In this document: positions 13,201-24,592 of the stretch, in pieces
Layout: each line of letters begins with the position of its first letter
Numbering within the stretch: the stretch's first letter is position 1
Assembly: GCA_964035545.1 (NCBI GenBank)
Contig: OZ037767.1
Location: 17,605,781 to 17,669,780, forward strand
Length of the DNA: 64,000 bases
Origin: Bugula neritina
Lineage: Eukaryota; Animalia; Bryozoa
Reading direction: 5' to 3'
Position numbers and translations under genes: made by a program
Notes under the pieces: generated by a model
What the model was told of the DNA's origin: nothing
Seen by the model: the letters and a program-made list of their open reading frames with translations, nothing else
Database searches by the model: none

Positions 13201-16200
13201 ACTATATACTATATATATTCTACTATATATTATATATACTCTGCACAAACCGTCTCGCTTGTTCTTCTTCTGCAGAAGCACTTTGGTTGGCTGAGCGTCC
13301 AGAGGGTTTGGCACGAGGAGTTTTCTCCTCACCACCAGCTCCACCTGGTTTCCACACTCCTTGAGGATACGAATGGCGTCGGCGTGTTCTACTGACTCGA
13401 GACTCGTGCCGTTCACACTCGACACTCGGTCGTTTATCTGCAGCTTATTCTCTGCGGGACCGGCCTTCAGCACGTCGGAGATGGCGATGGACGGATCCCC
13501 ATTAGAGAAGTGAGGGTTGTCCATCCCTCCCGCGACAGCAATGCCAAACCCGAACCCTGGGATCTGAAGTAAGTACGTGTTAACTTACTCTCTCTAATGT
13601 AAGTACTGTATAGTACATGTTAACTTACTCTCTCTAATGTAAGTACTGTATAGTATACACGTGTTAACTTACTCTCTCTAATGTAAGTACTGTATAGTAT
13701 GTGTTAACTTACTCTCTCTAATGTAAGTACTGTATAGTATGTGTTAACTTACTCTCTCTAATGTAAGTACTGTATAGTATGTGATAACTTACTCTCTCTA
13801 ATGTAAATACTGTATAGTGTGGTAACTTACTCTCTCTAATGTAAGTACTGTATAGTATGTGATAACTTACTCTCTCTAATGTAAATACTGTATAGTACGT
13901 GTTAACTTACTCTCTCTAATGTAAGTACTGTATAGTATACACGTGTTAACTTACTCTCTCTAATGTAAGTACTGTATAGTATGTGTTAACTTACTCTCTC
14001 TAATGTAAGTACTGTATAGTATGTGTTAACTTACTCTCTCTAATGTAAGTACTGTATAGTATGTGATAACTTACTCTCTCTAATGTAAATACTGTATAGT
14101 GTGGTAACTTACTCTCTCTAATGTAAGTACTGTATAGTATGTGATAACTTACTCTCTCTAATGTAAATACTGTATAGTACGTGTTAACTTACTCTCTCTA
14201 ATGTAAGTACTGTATAGTATACACGTGTTAACTTACTCTCTCTAATGTCAGTCTGTGTGTTTCCCAGACCACCTTGTCTGTACCCTGAAAGAGAGATTAG
14301 ACTGTGAAAGGTAGAGCAGGTGAGAGAAGTGCTCTCTTGAGTACCTGACAGGTAAGTGCTGCTACTCACCTGTCTACAGGCAGCATCTCGGTGCTGACGT
14401 TTACCCGAGTTATCTTTAGTGAACAGCTCAGTGTATATTCTGGACACACTGTAGTCCTTCATGACAGTATAATATTATAATAGTGGAAAGCACCTGACTC
14501 AACCAGCCACCACCAGCTTTACTAGTCTAATGACACGCACTGCTCAGATAGCATGACTCATGGCAGACAAGTTCAGACATGACTGTGTAGTTGGGAATTC
14601 CAGGCACTGCTACACCAGCCAATCAGCACTGCTGTACCAGCCAATCAGCAGTACTGTATCAGCCAATGAGAAGTGTCTACTCACCGTGTCTATAACTTCA
14701 GACTCTATTAGTCCCAACTTCTCAGGCATGTCTACAGTATCTGTGCTAACATGTCCGTTCATGTCTTCATCCCTACAGCAACAGTCACAATGTAGTACCA
14801 GTAACTAGTACTATATACTACACACTAGTAACTAGTACTATATACTACACACTAGTAACTAGTACTACACACTACACACTAGTAACTAGTACTACATACT
14901 ACACACTAGTAACTAGTAACTAGTAGCATATACTATACAGTAGAGTGATATACTGATATACAAAGCCAGGGTGTCAAATATATTACAGTGTGTCTGCATT
15001 TAATTGTCAGGCATGAATAGTTTTCAAAATAATTGCAGATAATGAACATAACTGGGAACTGAATATAGCACACATATAGCCAGAGGCATGACCTGTAACG
15101 TAATAGCAGCTGTATCTAACTACATCCCCTCCCTAGCTTTCTCTAGAGTCTAGTCTCCCCTCCCTAGCTTACTCTAGAGTCTAGTCTCCCCTCCCTAACT
15201 TACTCTAGACTCTAGTCTCCCCTCCCTAGCTTACTCTACACTCTAGTCTCCCCTCCCTAGCTTACTCTAGACTCTAGTCTCCCCTCCCTAGCTTACTCTA
15301 CACTCTAGTCTCCCCTCTCTAGCTTATTCTACACTCTAGTCTCCCCTCCCTAGCTTACTCTACAGTCTAGTCTCCCCTCCCTAACTTACTCTACACTCTA
15401 GTCTCCCCTCCCTAGCTTACTCTACACTCTAGTCTCCCCTCCCTAGCTTACTCTAGACTCTAGTCTCCCCTCCCTAGCTTACTCTACACTCTAGTCTCCC
15501 CTCCCTAGCTTACTCTACACTCTAGTCTCCCCTCTCTAGCTTACTCTAGAGTCTAGTCACTAGCGAGTTCTAACTCTTGAAAATAAAGTCAGCTTAAGGA
15601 GTGAGCAAAATCAAAACAATAATTAAATGAAGTTAATTAACAGGCATTAGCAAACAAACAGGTAGAGAGTAGAGTAGACTGTGTGAACAGAGTTATTGTG
15701 TGGGTATTGTAGGTGAGTAGACACCCACTTCACAACAATCACTTAGCAGGCACTAAATATACTCCATTCTATTCACTCAATCAACTGCATTCAATCCGTG
15801 CAGCAAACTGGAAATGTGAGCTGAAGTTGGGTGTTTGGGTTGGTCAACAGATTGTGTAGTATTTAGACTACAACCTAACACACAGTATACACTACACACT
15901 ACAGAGTATACACTACAGAGTATACACTACACAGTATACACTACAGAATACACACTACACAGTATATACTACAGAGTATACACTACACAGTATACACTAC
16001 ACAGTATACACTACAGAATACACACTACACAGTATACACTACACTGTATACACTACACAGTACACACTACACAGTATATACTACACAGTACACACTACAG
16101 AGTACACACTACACAGTATACACTACACAGTACACACTACAGAGTATACACTACAGAGTACACACTACAGAGTACACACTACACAGTATATACTACGCAG

Positions 16201-18315
16201 TATATACTACACAGTACACACTACACAGTACACACTACACAAGTACACAGATACTCACTGGTTTGAGGACTTGTCTGCCCGTTCACCATTGAGACTTTCC
16301 AAGGCTCGATCTCTCTCCACTCTCAACTGCTCCATCTTCTTTAGCAAGTCTTTGTTTTCCTCGGCGCATCTCACCTTTTCTCTCAAACTCTCCTCCCGTT
16401 CCTTGAGTGCCAGTTGCAGGGTGCGTTGCAGAGACTGGTTGTTGGGTTGGCCAGGATCGTGGCCAGAAAACTGCACGGCATTCTCCTCCATCTGATGGTG
16501 GGACTGTACGGACCCCCCACTGTCGTCTGAAATATACCCTAAGACTATACGTACTTACTACAGTCTACATGTACTTACTACAGTCTACATGTACTACTAC
16601 AGTCTACATGTACTACTACAGTCTACATGTACTTACTACAGTCTACATGTACTACTACAGTCTACATGTACTACTACAGTCTACATGTACTTACTACAGT
16701 CTACATGTACTACTACAGTCTACATGTACTTACTACAGTCTACATGTACTTACTACAGTCTACATGTACTTACTACAGTCTACATGTACTACTACAGTCT
16801 ACATGTACTTACTACAGTCTACATGTACTACTACAGTCTACATGTACTACTACAGTCTACATGTACTTACTACAGTCTACATGTACTACTACAGTCTACA
16901 TGTACTTACTACAGTCTACATGTACTACTACAGTCTACATGTACTACTACTACAGTCTACATGTACTACTACAGTCTACATGTACTTACTACAGCAAATA
17001 CATATTGATTTTAGTTTGCAGGAAAAGCAGAACTTGTACAGATGACCTTCTAACCACAGCTGCTGAGATTGCAATGTTATGAATTGTTTTATTATTATTC
17101 TCATATAGGAATGTTGCTAAATTGATAGCTAAAGCTTTGACAGTGTGCAGTGTATATGCAAACAGTTGTGTAACTGTAGTAATAATGTTACATCTACGTC
17201 ATCACAATGTTATTATCATAAGCTTATAAAACTAAAATAAGAAAATAATTGATAAAAAATGGGTAACTAAGAGCGAATAACTAGTTCACCAACCATACCC
17301 TCTGGTATTTCAATATCTAATTCTATCACTAAATTCCATGTGGCAGTGAAAAACTTGGCCAGTGAAAATAATTTGAACTTGTTATTTGTGGTGAAGTAGG
17401 CAGTTTTTTCTCAGCATAAATAAGACAAGATGTCATGATAGGAGCAATTTCAACTTTTAATATACTAGTAACTAGATGGGCAAAGATGACCTTGTAGAAA
17501 CCCATCACTATATTAGGAGAAATTAAACAGAAGAAATTACTATATTTATAGTTAGACATATTGGCTGAATGCAGAAAAATACAGTCTACTCTTTTGTTCA
17601 ACATAATTTATTTATTGCTGAAATTTAATGACGCTGCTTATCGCTGGTATCACTCTATTTACAATTCCTTGTAGAGATTTGATAACTTTATTCAAACAAA
17701 GTATAGATCAATGAATCGAATTTTAATTATTATAATCCAATGGGTAAGGGGCGGGTACAAGGTGGGACAACTTTTGGAGATGAAACAATCAAGTACATTG
17801 GCAACAACATCTACAATAATATCTCCGTGCAAATAAATAAAATTTAATATTAGTAATACTGGTTGTTATACTATAACTATAAGTAAAACTATTAGTAGCA
17901 CTGGTAGTAGTAGTACTGGTACTACTAGTACTGTAGTAGTGGTACTACTAACTCTAAGACTACTATAACTATGACTATTAGCCTTACTAGCACTTGTAGT
18001 ACAACTAGAACGACTACTACTAGGATTAGAACTACTTACTAGAGTAGTAGTAATATTTAATATTACTATTACTAATACTAATAGTAATAGTGATACTATT
18101 AGACTCTAGAGACTAGTGGAATTACTCATTTTACTGTTAGTTCAGACTTCACTAGTGACCGGAAAACTAAAACTACGTTTACTATTAGACATTAGTAAGA
18201 GCAGAGAAGTAACACTAACAACACTAAACATTGTAGCTAATTATTAAACTATAGTTCTAGTGAGTTAAAAACGGAAAACTAAGTTGATAAGTGTTGTCTA
18301 AAGCATACCCGCCAT
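4300..18315 (-). CDS. TJP1: Tight junction protein ZO-1/polychaetoid (MAGUK: PDZ1-3, SH3, GuK, ZU5), multi-exon
   Basis: Predicted exon 1 at 18309-18315 (ATGGCGG|gtatgc), then 16259-16526 (coiled coil) and ~14685-14773. PDZ1: [10 protein letters not shown]|[38 protein letters not shown] (~13250-14284). PDZ2: [15 protein letters not shown] (~12230-12555). PDZ3: [19 protein letters not shown] (~11000-11410). SH3: [12 protein letters not shown]...[15 protein letters not shown] (~10390-10710). GuK: [49 protein letters not shown]5: [27 protein letters not shown]...[24 protein letters not shown]...VPILVDHF* (stop at 4300). Confidence 0.95.
4589..4693. repeat. 29-nt intronic repeat containing the acceptor of the last ZO-1 exon
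   Basis: Minus-strand unit tatgttatacactgagtggttatctgcag, about 4 copies. Confidence 0.85.
4875..5095. repeat. 28-nt intronic minisatellite (ZO-1)
   Basis: Unit tgatacacagtatactatataatatata, about 8 copies; overlaps the acceptor atatag|tata. Confidence 0.85.
6227..6919. repeat. 21-nt minisatellite filling an entire ZO-1 intron
   Basis: Unit agtagagtgtaatatacagcg, about 33 copies, running from donor to acceptor. Confidence 0.9.
8043..8508. repeat. 41-nt minisatellite containing a ZO-1 exon end and donor
   Basis: Minus-strand unit gtgagtgtatgtgtaatactctctgtgattggttcacacag, about 11 copies. Confidence 0.9.
8665..9168. repeat. 10-14-nt intronic repeat (gagagtaagtta)n
   Basis: Minus strand reads (ctaacttactctct)n. 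Confidence 0.9.
9603..10087. repeat. 31-nt minisatellite starting at a ZO-1 donor
   Basis: Minus-strand unit gtaagtactgtagtgagctgagtgttataca, about 15 copies. Confidence 0.9.
10147..10388. repeat. 21-nt intronic minisatellite (ZO-1)
   Basis: Unit atatattacagagtagagcag, about 11 copies. Confidence 0.9.
10711..10998. repeat. Compound 22-nt and 12-nt intronic repeats (ZO-1)
   Basis: ctacagtatacatacacactaa followed by ctacagtataca arrays; the first unit includes the acceptor. Confidence 0.85.
11660..11947. repeat. Compound 20-nt and 22-nt intronic repeats (ZO-1), the 22-nt unit spanning the donor
   Basis: gacacacactcaaggtgctct, then minus-strand unit gtaatgtcagagcaccttacag, about 6 copies. Confidence 0.85.
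12404..12417. promoter_or_regulatory. RFX X-box-like palindrome in a ZO-1 intron
   Basis: GTTTCCATGGTAAC matches the X-box consensus; function untested. Confidence 0.3.
12560..13241. repeat. 21/12-nt intronic minisatellite (ZO-1)
   Basis: Unit actctactatatactatatat. Confidence 0.9.
13575..14248. repeat. ~40-nt minisatellite containing the ZO-1 PDZ1 exon end and donor
   Basis: Minus-strand unit includes acattagagaga|gtaagttaac, about 17 copies. Confidence 0.9.
14370..14462 (-). CDS. TJP1: Candidate alternative first coding exon of ZO-1
   Basis: ATG...[31 protein letters not shown]|GTGAGT; phase 0, compatible with the next exon [10 protein letters not shown]. Confidence 0.5.
15127..15556. 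repeat. 29-nt mid-intron minisatellite (ZO-1)
   Basis: Unit ctagtctcccctccctagcttactctaca/ga, about 14 copies. Confidence 0.9.
15878..16245. repeat. 14/16-nt intronic repeat (ZO-1)
   Basis: acagtatacactac variants. Confidence 0.85.
16550..16994. repeat. 20/21-nt intronic repeat (ZO-1)
   Basis: Unit tactacagtctacatgtac(t), about 21 copies. Confidence 0.9.
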
Positions 18316-19339
18316 CTTTTTTGTTCCTGTAATGCTGTTTCCGGTACTCTAGTTCGCATAAACACTAAAAACTCACTGAAGTTTTTAACGAAATTATGAT
18401 AAAATGTTGGAAGTATAGAGAATGTTACTACCCTATACTTGCATTTTTAACTGCGTATTAATGCTTTGCAGCACAATTTTATGATCACTATCGTGCTCCA
18501 AAAGCTATTGGACAATGTACAACATTACTATCCAGCTAGTGCAAAAGACTATGCAAAAAAGTTGGCGTGCAAATAAAACCGCAAGTATTTGTTTACATCA
18601 CGTGACAAATGACCTTTTATTCAGGTACCTAAATTAGAGGTCAAGATATTCCAAGTAGTCATGGCTACTAATACTGGCCTTTAAAAGTAAAGAGTCAGCA
18701 CTAGTACTAGTACTACTGAAGTCTAAGCTAAAACTTGGAGGCCAGTTGAGTTGCGTTCAACTAAATTAGTTGTAAATACCCGTAAAGTTGAATTACTTCA
18801 TTTTATAATTGATAATTATGTATTTAATAATTTATACTTTAATTTATCTCGCTATACTATATTAATATTATAGTATTGCTAATATTATAACTATACTTAT
18901 ACTTATACTCAACTTATAGTTATAGTCATAAGTATATTATAATCAATATGAGTATGCATTTGCAATGATGAATTTTCTGATGATTAAATATTTACTTTAA
19001 TTAATATTGTCATTATGATTATGATTATTATTATGTTTATTATTTAAATTTTATAAAACAAAAATACTTATCATTGTGTTTATTTATATTTGGTTTTTAT
19101 ACCATCTTCATTTTATATTTATAATACTAATTATAATGGTGATCAATTATTTTGATGATGATAGTCGTTACAGTGACTGTAAGTGTAAGAACAATCCCCA
19201 TACTGATGTTTAGTGATAGGCGTAAACTCTTTTTTACATTCTGAGTTATTTAAGTTAAAAATTTTGAGAATATAAATTGTCTTTCAACTTTGTGTCATGC
19301 TAAAATTTTTACCAACTATTTTAGTCGTACAATTTCAAA
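18316..19339. promoter_or_regulatory. Divergent promoter region between ZO-1 and CCSAP
   Basis: Head-to-head ATGs at 18315 (-) and 19340 (+). ETS-like TTTCCGGT at ~18338, forkhead-like TGTTTAC at 18590, E-box ATCACGTGAC at 18597-18606. Confidence 0.5.
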
Positions 19340-20710
19340 ATGACAAAGAAGAAAGTCACATCAACATACCGCAGAGAGTTCAGTCCAGTCCGATCAGCTT
19401 GTCAGCCGTCAATCATAAGAAGTTTTGACTCAAATTATAATTACCGGGAATATCGTAGACAGGCTGAGCACGGCCACCATAGATCTGCTTTCCTCTGGGA
19501 TGACTGGGAATACGAGTCCGGCCAACCTGTGGTGGTACTTCAGTCACCATCTCAGCAGCAGCAGCCTCGGCAGCAGCGGAGATCTCGTAAACACAGTGAG
19601 TCAGTTCAAATTATTTTTCAAGTCAGGCAAACCAATAAAAGGTTCCATCAATAAGTTACCTTACCCTTACAATTTTACCTTTTACCAACTGTTACAACGC
19701 TCTTGGTATACTTACAGCCCCTACTCCGACAGTTGGTAGCTCAGAGAGTGACTGCACGGAGAGGTCAGTATCCAGCACGTCTGTCTGCCAGAGGGATGTC
19801 AGGGCTGGCAGCGGTCACATGACCTACACAGTGCACAACAGACAGTCAGAACATGACGTCTCCTCAGACTGTAACTGTGGAGCTAGTCAGCCAATCAAAT
19901 CCAAGTTTCAAGGTCATTACGTGATCACTCTTATGATACAAAATATCATGCTTAGAAGCTCATCTTTTCACTGCTAACTTTACTATTTACATTAGAATAT
20001 ATGCTTTCCATATATTAGTCTGTATTACTAGGTCTCTTTCACTGCTCTTTCTCTCAGGTCAGCCTGCTAGAGTTCTCTCAGATACAATCTCAAAGAATTT
20101 AAAAAATGTTTCTAAGAGAATTGAGCAGCCCGACCTTGACCCTCTCGGTAGACCAAGAACCCAGATTGACGACTCCCCATTTTTCCAGTACGGTGCGGGA
20201 GATGATGAGCCCGAGGTTGGCTCTAAGAGGACTCACAATGTCTTATCTCACCACGGAGTACGTATCACCAAACTTTATCATATTGTTAGACTAATATATA
20301 ATAATTCCCTGTGCTCTGGGGACATAACTCCAATATTTAAATAGATAAACATACTGTTGTTCACTTGTATGCAGATATTGCAATGCTTCACTTCTACTGT
20401 TGCTATGAACAGCACCAAAGGTTGCTGTAGCGATTGACTATACTATCTGCAGCTTATGTGTGTTACATTGCCACTGATATCAATAACTTAGGTGTACCAG
20501 ACTGCGAAGGGGGCTCAGGGACGTCACCAAGCTGCTAAGGAGGTAAAGAGCAAAGATGCAAAGCTAGCTAAGCTAACCTCTGTCAGTAAGACTGCTATGG
20601 ATCACGCTAAGTTCTCTGAAAATGTGAGGAAAGAAACTTCGCGGTGGCAGTCAGAATACAGGAATCGCTATCTGCCTTTTCACGTGTGCCGGCACAGTAG
20701 ACCTAACTAA
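19340..20710 (+). CDS. CCSAP: Centriole, cilia and spindle-associated protein-like
   Basis: Exons 19340-19595, 19718-~19912, ~20058-20257 and 20492-20710 join in phase. Motifs YREYRRQAEHGHH..FLWDDW, PFFQYGAG...GSKRTHNV, VYQTA and WQSEYRNRY match the CCSAP N- and C-terminal signatures. Confidence 0.8.
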
Positions 20711-22342
20711 CTTCTGTTCTAATTATAGATACTATTTTAATAGATACTCACCTTTCTAATAGATACTCACTGTTCTAATAGATACTCACCTTTCTAATAG
20801 ATACTCACCCTTCTAATAGATCATTGCTATACTTTGTATTATAATTATAATTTTGTTTTTAGCCTTGAATTTACAGTATATCGGCATACTTTTACAATAT
20901 AGGATTACTACTGCCTTTAATAGCGCTGCTTATTTATGTATCAATTTATTTATGTGTTCCAAATGTTAGCATGAAGTGAATGTTTGATCTCATTAATGTT
21001 GTTTTATTCTATTATTCTATATTTGTTAATACATTTATGTTGCTATAGTCTTACATTAGGTTTTGTAGCTGCATGTGAACAATATTCAAATATTTGTACT
21101 CATATATTTTGTTTGATCAGCATAATATTTTAAAATAAAACTAAGAAGTTGAAAATCAAATATTATCATAAAGATATTGCTTGACAGAATGTGGTGTGGA
21201 TTTTGATGTCAATTATAAGTAAGTACATGTTGCAGTTCAGGTTAATTTTCACTCTTTTACCATTAGTCAAAAGACATTCTCATTTGTAACTAGACTTGTC
21301 CTCTCTCGATCACTATTACAGCTAGCAAAAATTCCGAAACGTGTGTCTATACAATGGAGAGGCTATCATATTTTGCTAAACTAGCATAGAAAATTCTTTC
21401 GAATTTTGAGCTATGTCAGTGGTTGCAGTATATTTATTTACTAACTGTTTCCGTTCGATCATGATTCCTTTCTGACTCTGTGACGACTTTGTTAATAATA
21501 ATATCAATATGTAATATTTATTTTTTAATAATGTAGTAGGTTACTTTGAGAATTATTTTTAACAAATAATTTAACTGTAACTGTTCAACAATCTAAATTA
21601 TGTAATTATTCAAAGACTAATTCTGCATTTTTACAGTGTGTATGTTTCCGCAACTTCTTTCTTTAGTTTCTAAACTTTAACTTTAAGTTCCATGATTTAC
21701 TTTTAGTTTTAGTTTTACTTTTACTTGCAGTTAACTTTAGACTTAGTGTAAGTTTAACATTAAGTGAATAACTTAAACTCCTAGTACTACTACTAATAGT
21801 AATACTCTAATACTTATAGTAATAAAGTTGTATAATATCAATAAATACTATATTAATAAATTATAATGTAGATATTAATATAAATATATAATAAATATTA
21901 ATATAATGACATATAGCAATGCCAATTGCATAAATTTTATATTAATGATTTTTATTCAAATTTTAATGATTTTTGTTCATAGTCATGCTGATACTCAATC
22001 TCATAGTCATAGTGATAGTCACTTAGTGACATTTTGACAGCCAATATCATTATGATTAAAAACGATTATTTATTGTTTTAATGAAAATATGGTCACATTT
22101 AATTTGATAACTAAACTAGAAAAGACCAGTACATGCTGTGGTTAAAAAGATGTAAATTAAATTCTACATTACTTAAAATGAATAACTGTGAGGGTTAGTA
22201 TTGCTGTTTCTTGTTTAGTCAAGCTCAATCATTTTGAGAGTCAAACCGAAAAAGCAAAGACGGTGTGAATATCGGGCTCAAACTTTATTAGTATCACAAT
22301 AGCGCAATCAAATATAATTGTTTTGTTTATTTTAGTTAAATA

Positions 22343-24128
22343 ATGAGTGACGAAGAAGACTACATGTCAGACGCCATCTTGAAAGGCTGTGAAGATGTAA
22401 AACCCGGTCTTTATAAAAGCAGTAAAGAAGCTCAAAGGCGTATTCAGCAGGCTAAGCAAGCAGAAAACAGGAAAAAGCAACAAAAGCCGTTAAAAGTCTG
22501 CTTATTTATTATGTTGAGTTAGTTATGCTGTGTTAAGCTCAAAAAGTGTTTGCGATTTAATAAATTGTAATGGTGAGGACGATTTTGAGATATTTTGTAA
22601 TCGGCAGTCTGTGGTATGTTTTAACTTCTCTTCATGTTATATTGAGATGGATCTTAATTTTGTGTTATATTTTGTTGCTGTATGTTGAATTAGTATAATA
22701 TGATAGTATAATATACTATATATTACATTAGTATAATATGATAGTATAATATACTATATATTACATTAGTATAATATGATAGTATAATATACTATATATT
22801 ACATTAGTATAATATGATAGTATAATATACTATATATTACATTAGTATAATATGGTGGTATAATATACTATATATTACATTAGTATAATATGATAGTATA
22901 TTATACTATATATTACATTAGTATAATATGATAGTATAATATACTATATATTACATTAGTATAATATATGTTAATGCTGTAACATCCTGCCAGGTTATTG
23001 AAGCTGAGAAAAGAGATGAAGGACTCAGCAAATCACTCGACTCAACCAACAAAGGGTTTGCGCTGTTGCAGAAGATGGGATACAAACCAGGCGATGGAAT
23101 CGGCAAGTCAGGTAAATCAGCGCTGCTATATGTTACGAGTCTATGAACTAGTCTAGAAACACTCTTTAGTATTGAAGGGAGTTTCTGTGTCTTCTCATAG
23201 GTGAAGGTCGCCGAGAGCCTGTTGGCATTGAATTGAAGGTAAATCGGGGTGGCTTGGGGCAAGAAGCCGAGCGCCGTAAGAGAGCAAAAGATTTGGAAGT
23301 GTTTCGTCACCAGCAATCGTTGAAAAGGAAGAAGTTGGAACAGGAAGCTCAGCATAACTTCCGGGAGAATAAAATGAGTGAGCAGAAGCAGCGGGGTATA
23401 ATGAAGTATTTGAGACAGAGTCAGCAAGTGTGTGAGCAGCTAGATGAGAGTAAGGTGAGATATTAGATATGGTGGGATATTAGATATGGTGGGATATTAG
23501 ATATGGTGGGATATTAGATATGGTGGGATATTAGATATGGTGGGATATTAGATATGGTGGGATATTAGATGTGGTGGGATATTAGATATGGGGAGATATT
23601 AGATATGGTGGGATATTAGATATGGTGGGATATTAGATATAGAGATACAACATTCGTACCTTAGGACATACGAGAGCCACTGAAGCTGTACTATTGGCCC
23701 CTTGAGTTGCGGCCAGTTCCGGCTGCAGAAGAGACTGAGGAAGATGCAGACGTTGCAGAAGGAGACGATGAGCCAGAGGTGTGTGATTGGCTGCTTTCTG
23801 TTCTGTATTGTAATCAACTGTTCTGTTATGTTACTGGTTAACCTTTGCTATTCTGTCACTTTCTCATAAACTGTTTTCTTGTGTACAGATTAGTGAACAG
23901 TTGGGGGAGGTTACTGAATACCTTCGTACTACTCATCTCTATTGTATCTGGTGTGGCTACTCGTTTGATGGTGAGTTTTATTCTATAAAGTCTAAACAAT
24001 ACTTATTGAGCAACGTTGTTCAATTGTGAGTATATATTATATATCATTATCACTGCTTACTATTAGATGCTGAGAGATTAGCCAATGACTGCCCTGGAAA
24101 CACAGCGGAAGATCATGACGATTTATAA
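22343..24128 (+). CDS. GPATCH11: G-patch domain-containing protein 11 (CCDC75)
   Basis: MSDEEDYMSDAIL...; G-patch NKGFALLQKMGYKPGDGIGKSGEGRREPVGIELKVNRGGLG; C-terminal YLRTTHLYCIWCGYSFDD...CPG...DHDDL*; 6 GT-AG exons. Confidence 0.92.
22691..22968. repeat. 38-nt intronic minisatellite (GPATCH11)
   Basis: Unit tagtataatatgatagtataatatactatatattacat, about 7 copies. Confidence 0.9.
23459..23641. repeat. 17-nt intronic minisatellite (GPATCH11)
   Basis: Unit gatattagatatggtgg, about 11 copies, starting just after the donor. Confidence 0.9.
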
Positions 24129-24592
24129 CCAGAATTGGCAGGTGTCAGAGGCGAGGTGTCACCACCTGTTATATGATATGACAGCTATGAGCAGGTGTTT
24201 GCATTAACAAGCTAGGTGTTTTGACTGACACAATTTTACAATGAGATGGCATTTCTTGAACTCAACTGTACCAACATTAAAAGCAGACACCTGTTTTGCA
24301 ATGTCACTTGTTTGTTACATGAGGTACGCATGTTCAGTGATGTGCAACTTTTGTGTTGGAATATACCTTCACTTTATTTTAAGGTACAATGTACATAAAA
24401 TAGTATTTACTGTATATAATTTAATTTGTAAAGATATGTAATGTAAATAAATATAGTAAACATATGTATACAAGTATTGTGTCTTATTTTCTATAAACAA
24501 CATTTTCATTGCACCAACACTGTAGCCATAGTTACATGGTACAGCTATGGTTACACACACAGTTTTGCTAGTGATCTAATAGCATTGTATGA

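Noticed and set aside
22951-23427. 158-aa minus-strand ORF and other antisense ORFs over exons
   Set aside because: They are antisense shadows of GPATCH11, HECTD1 and ZO-1 exons.
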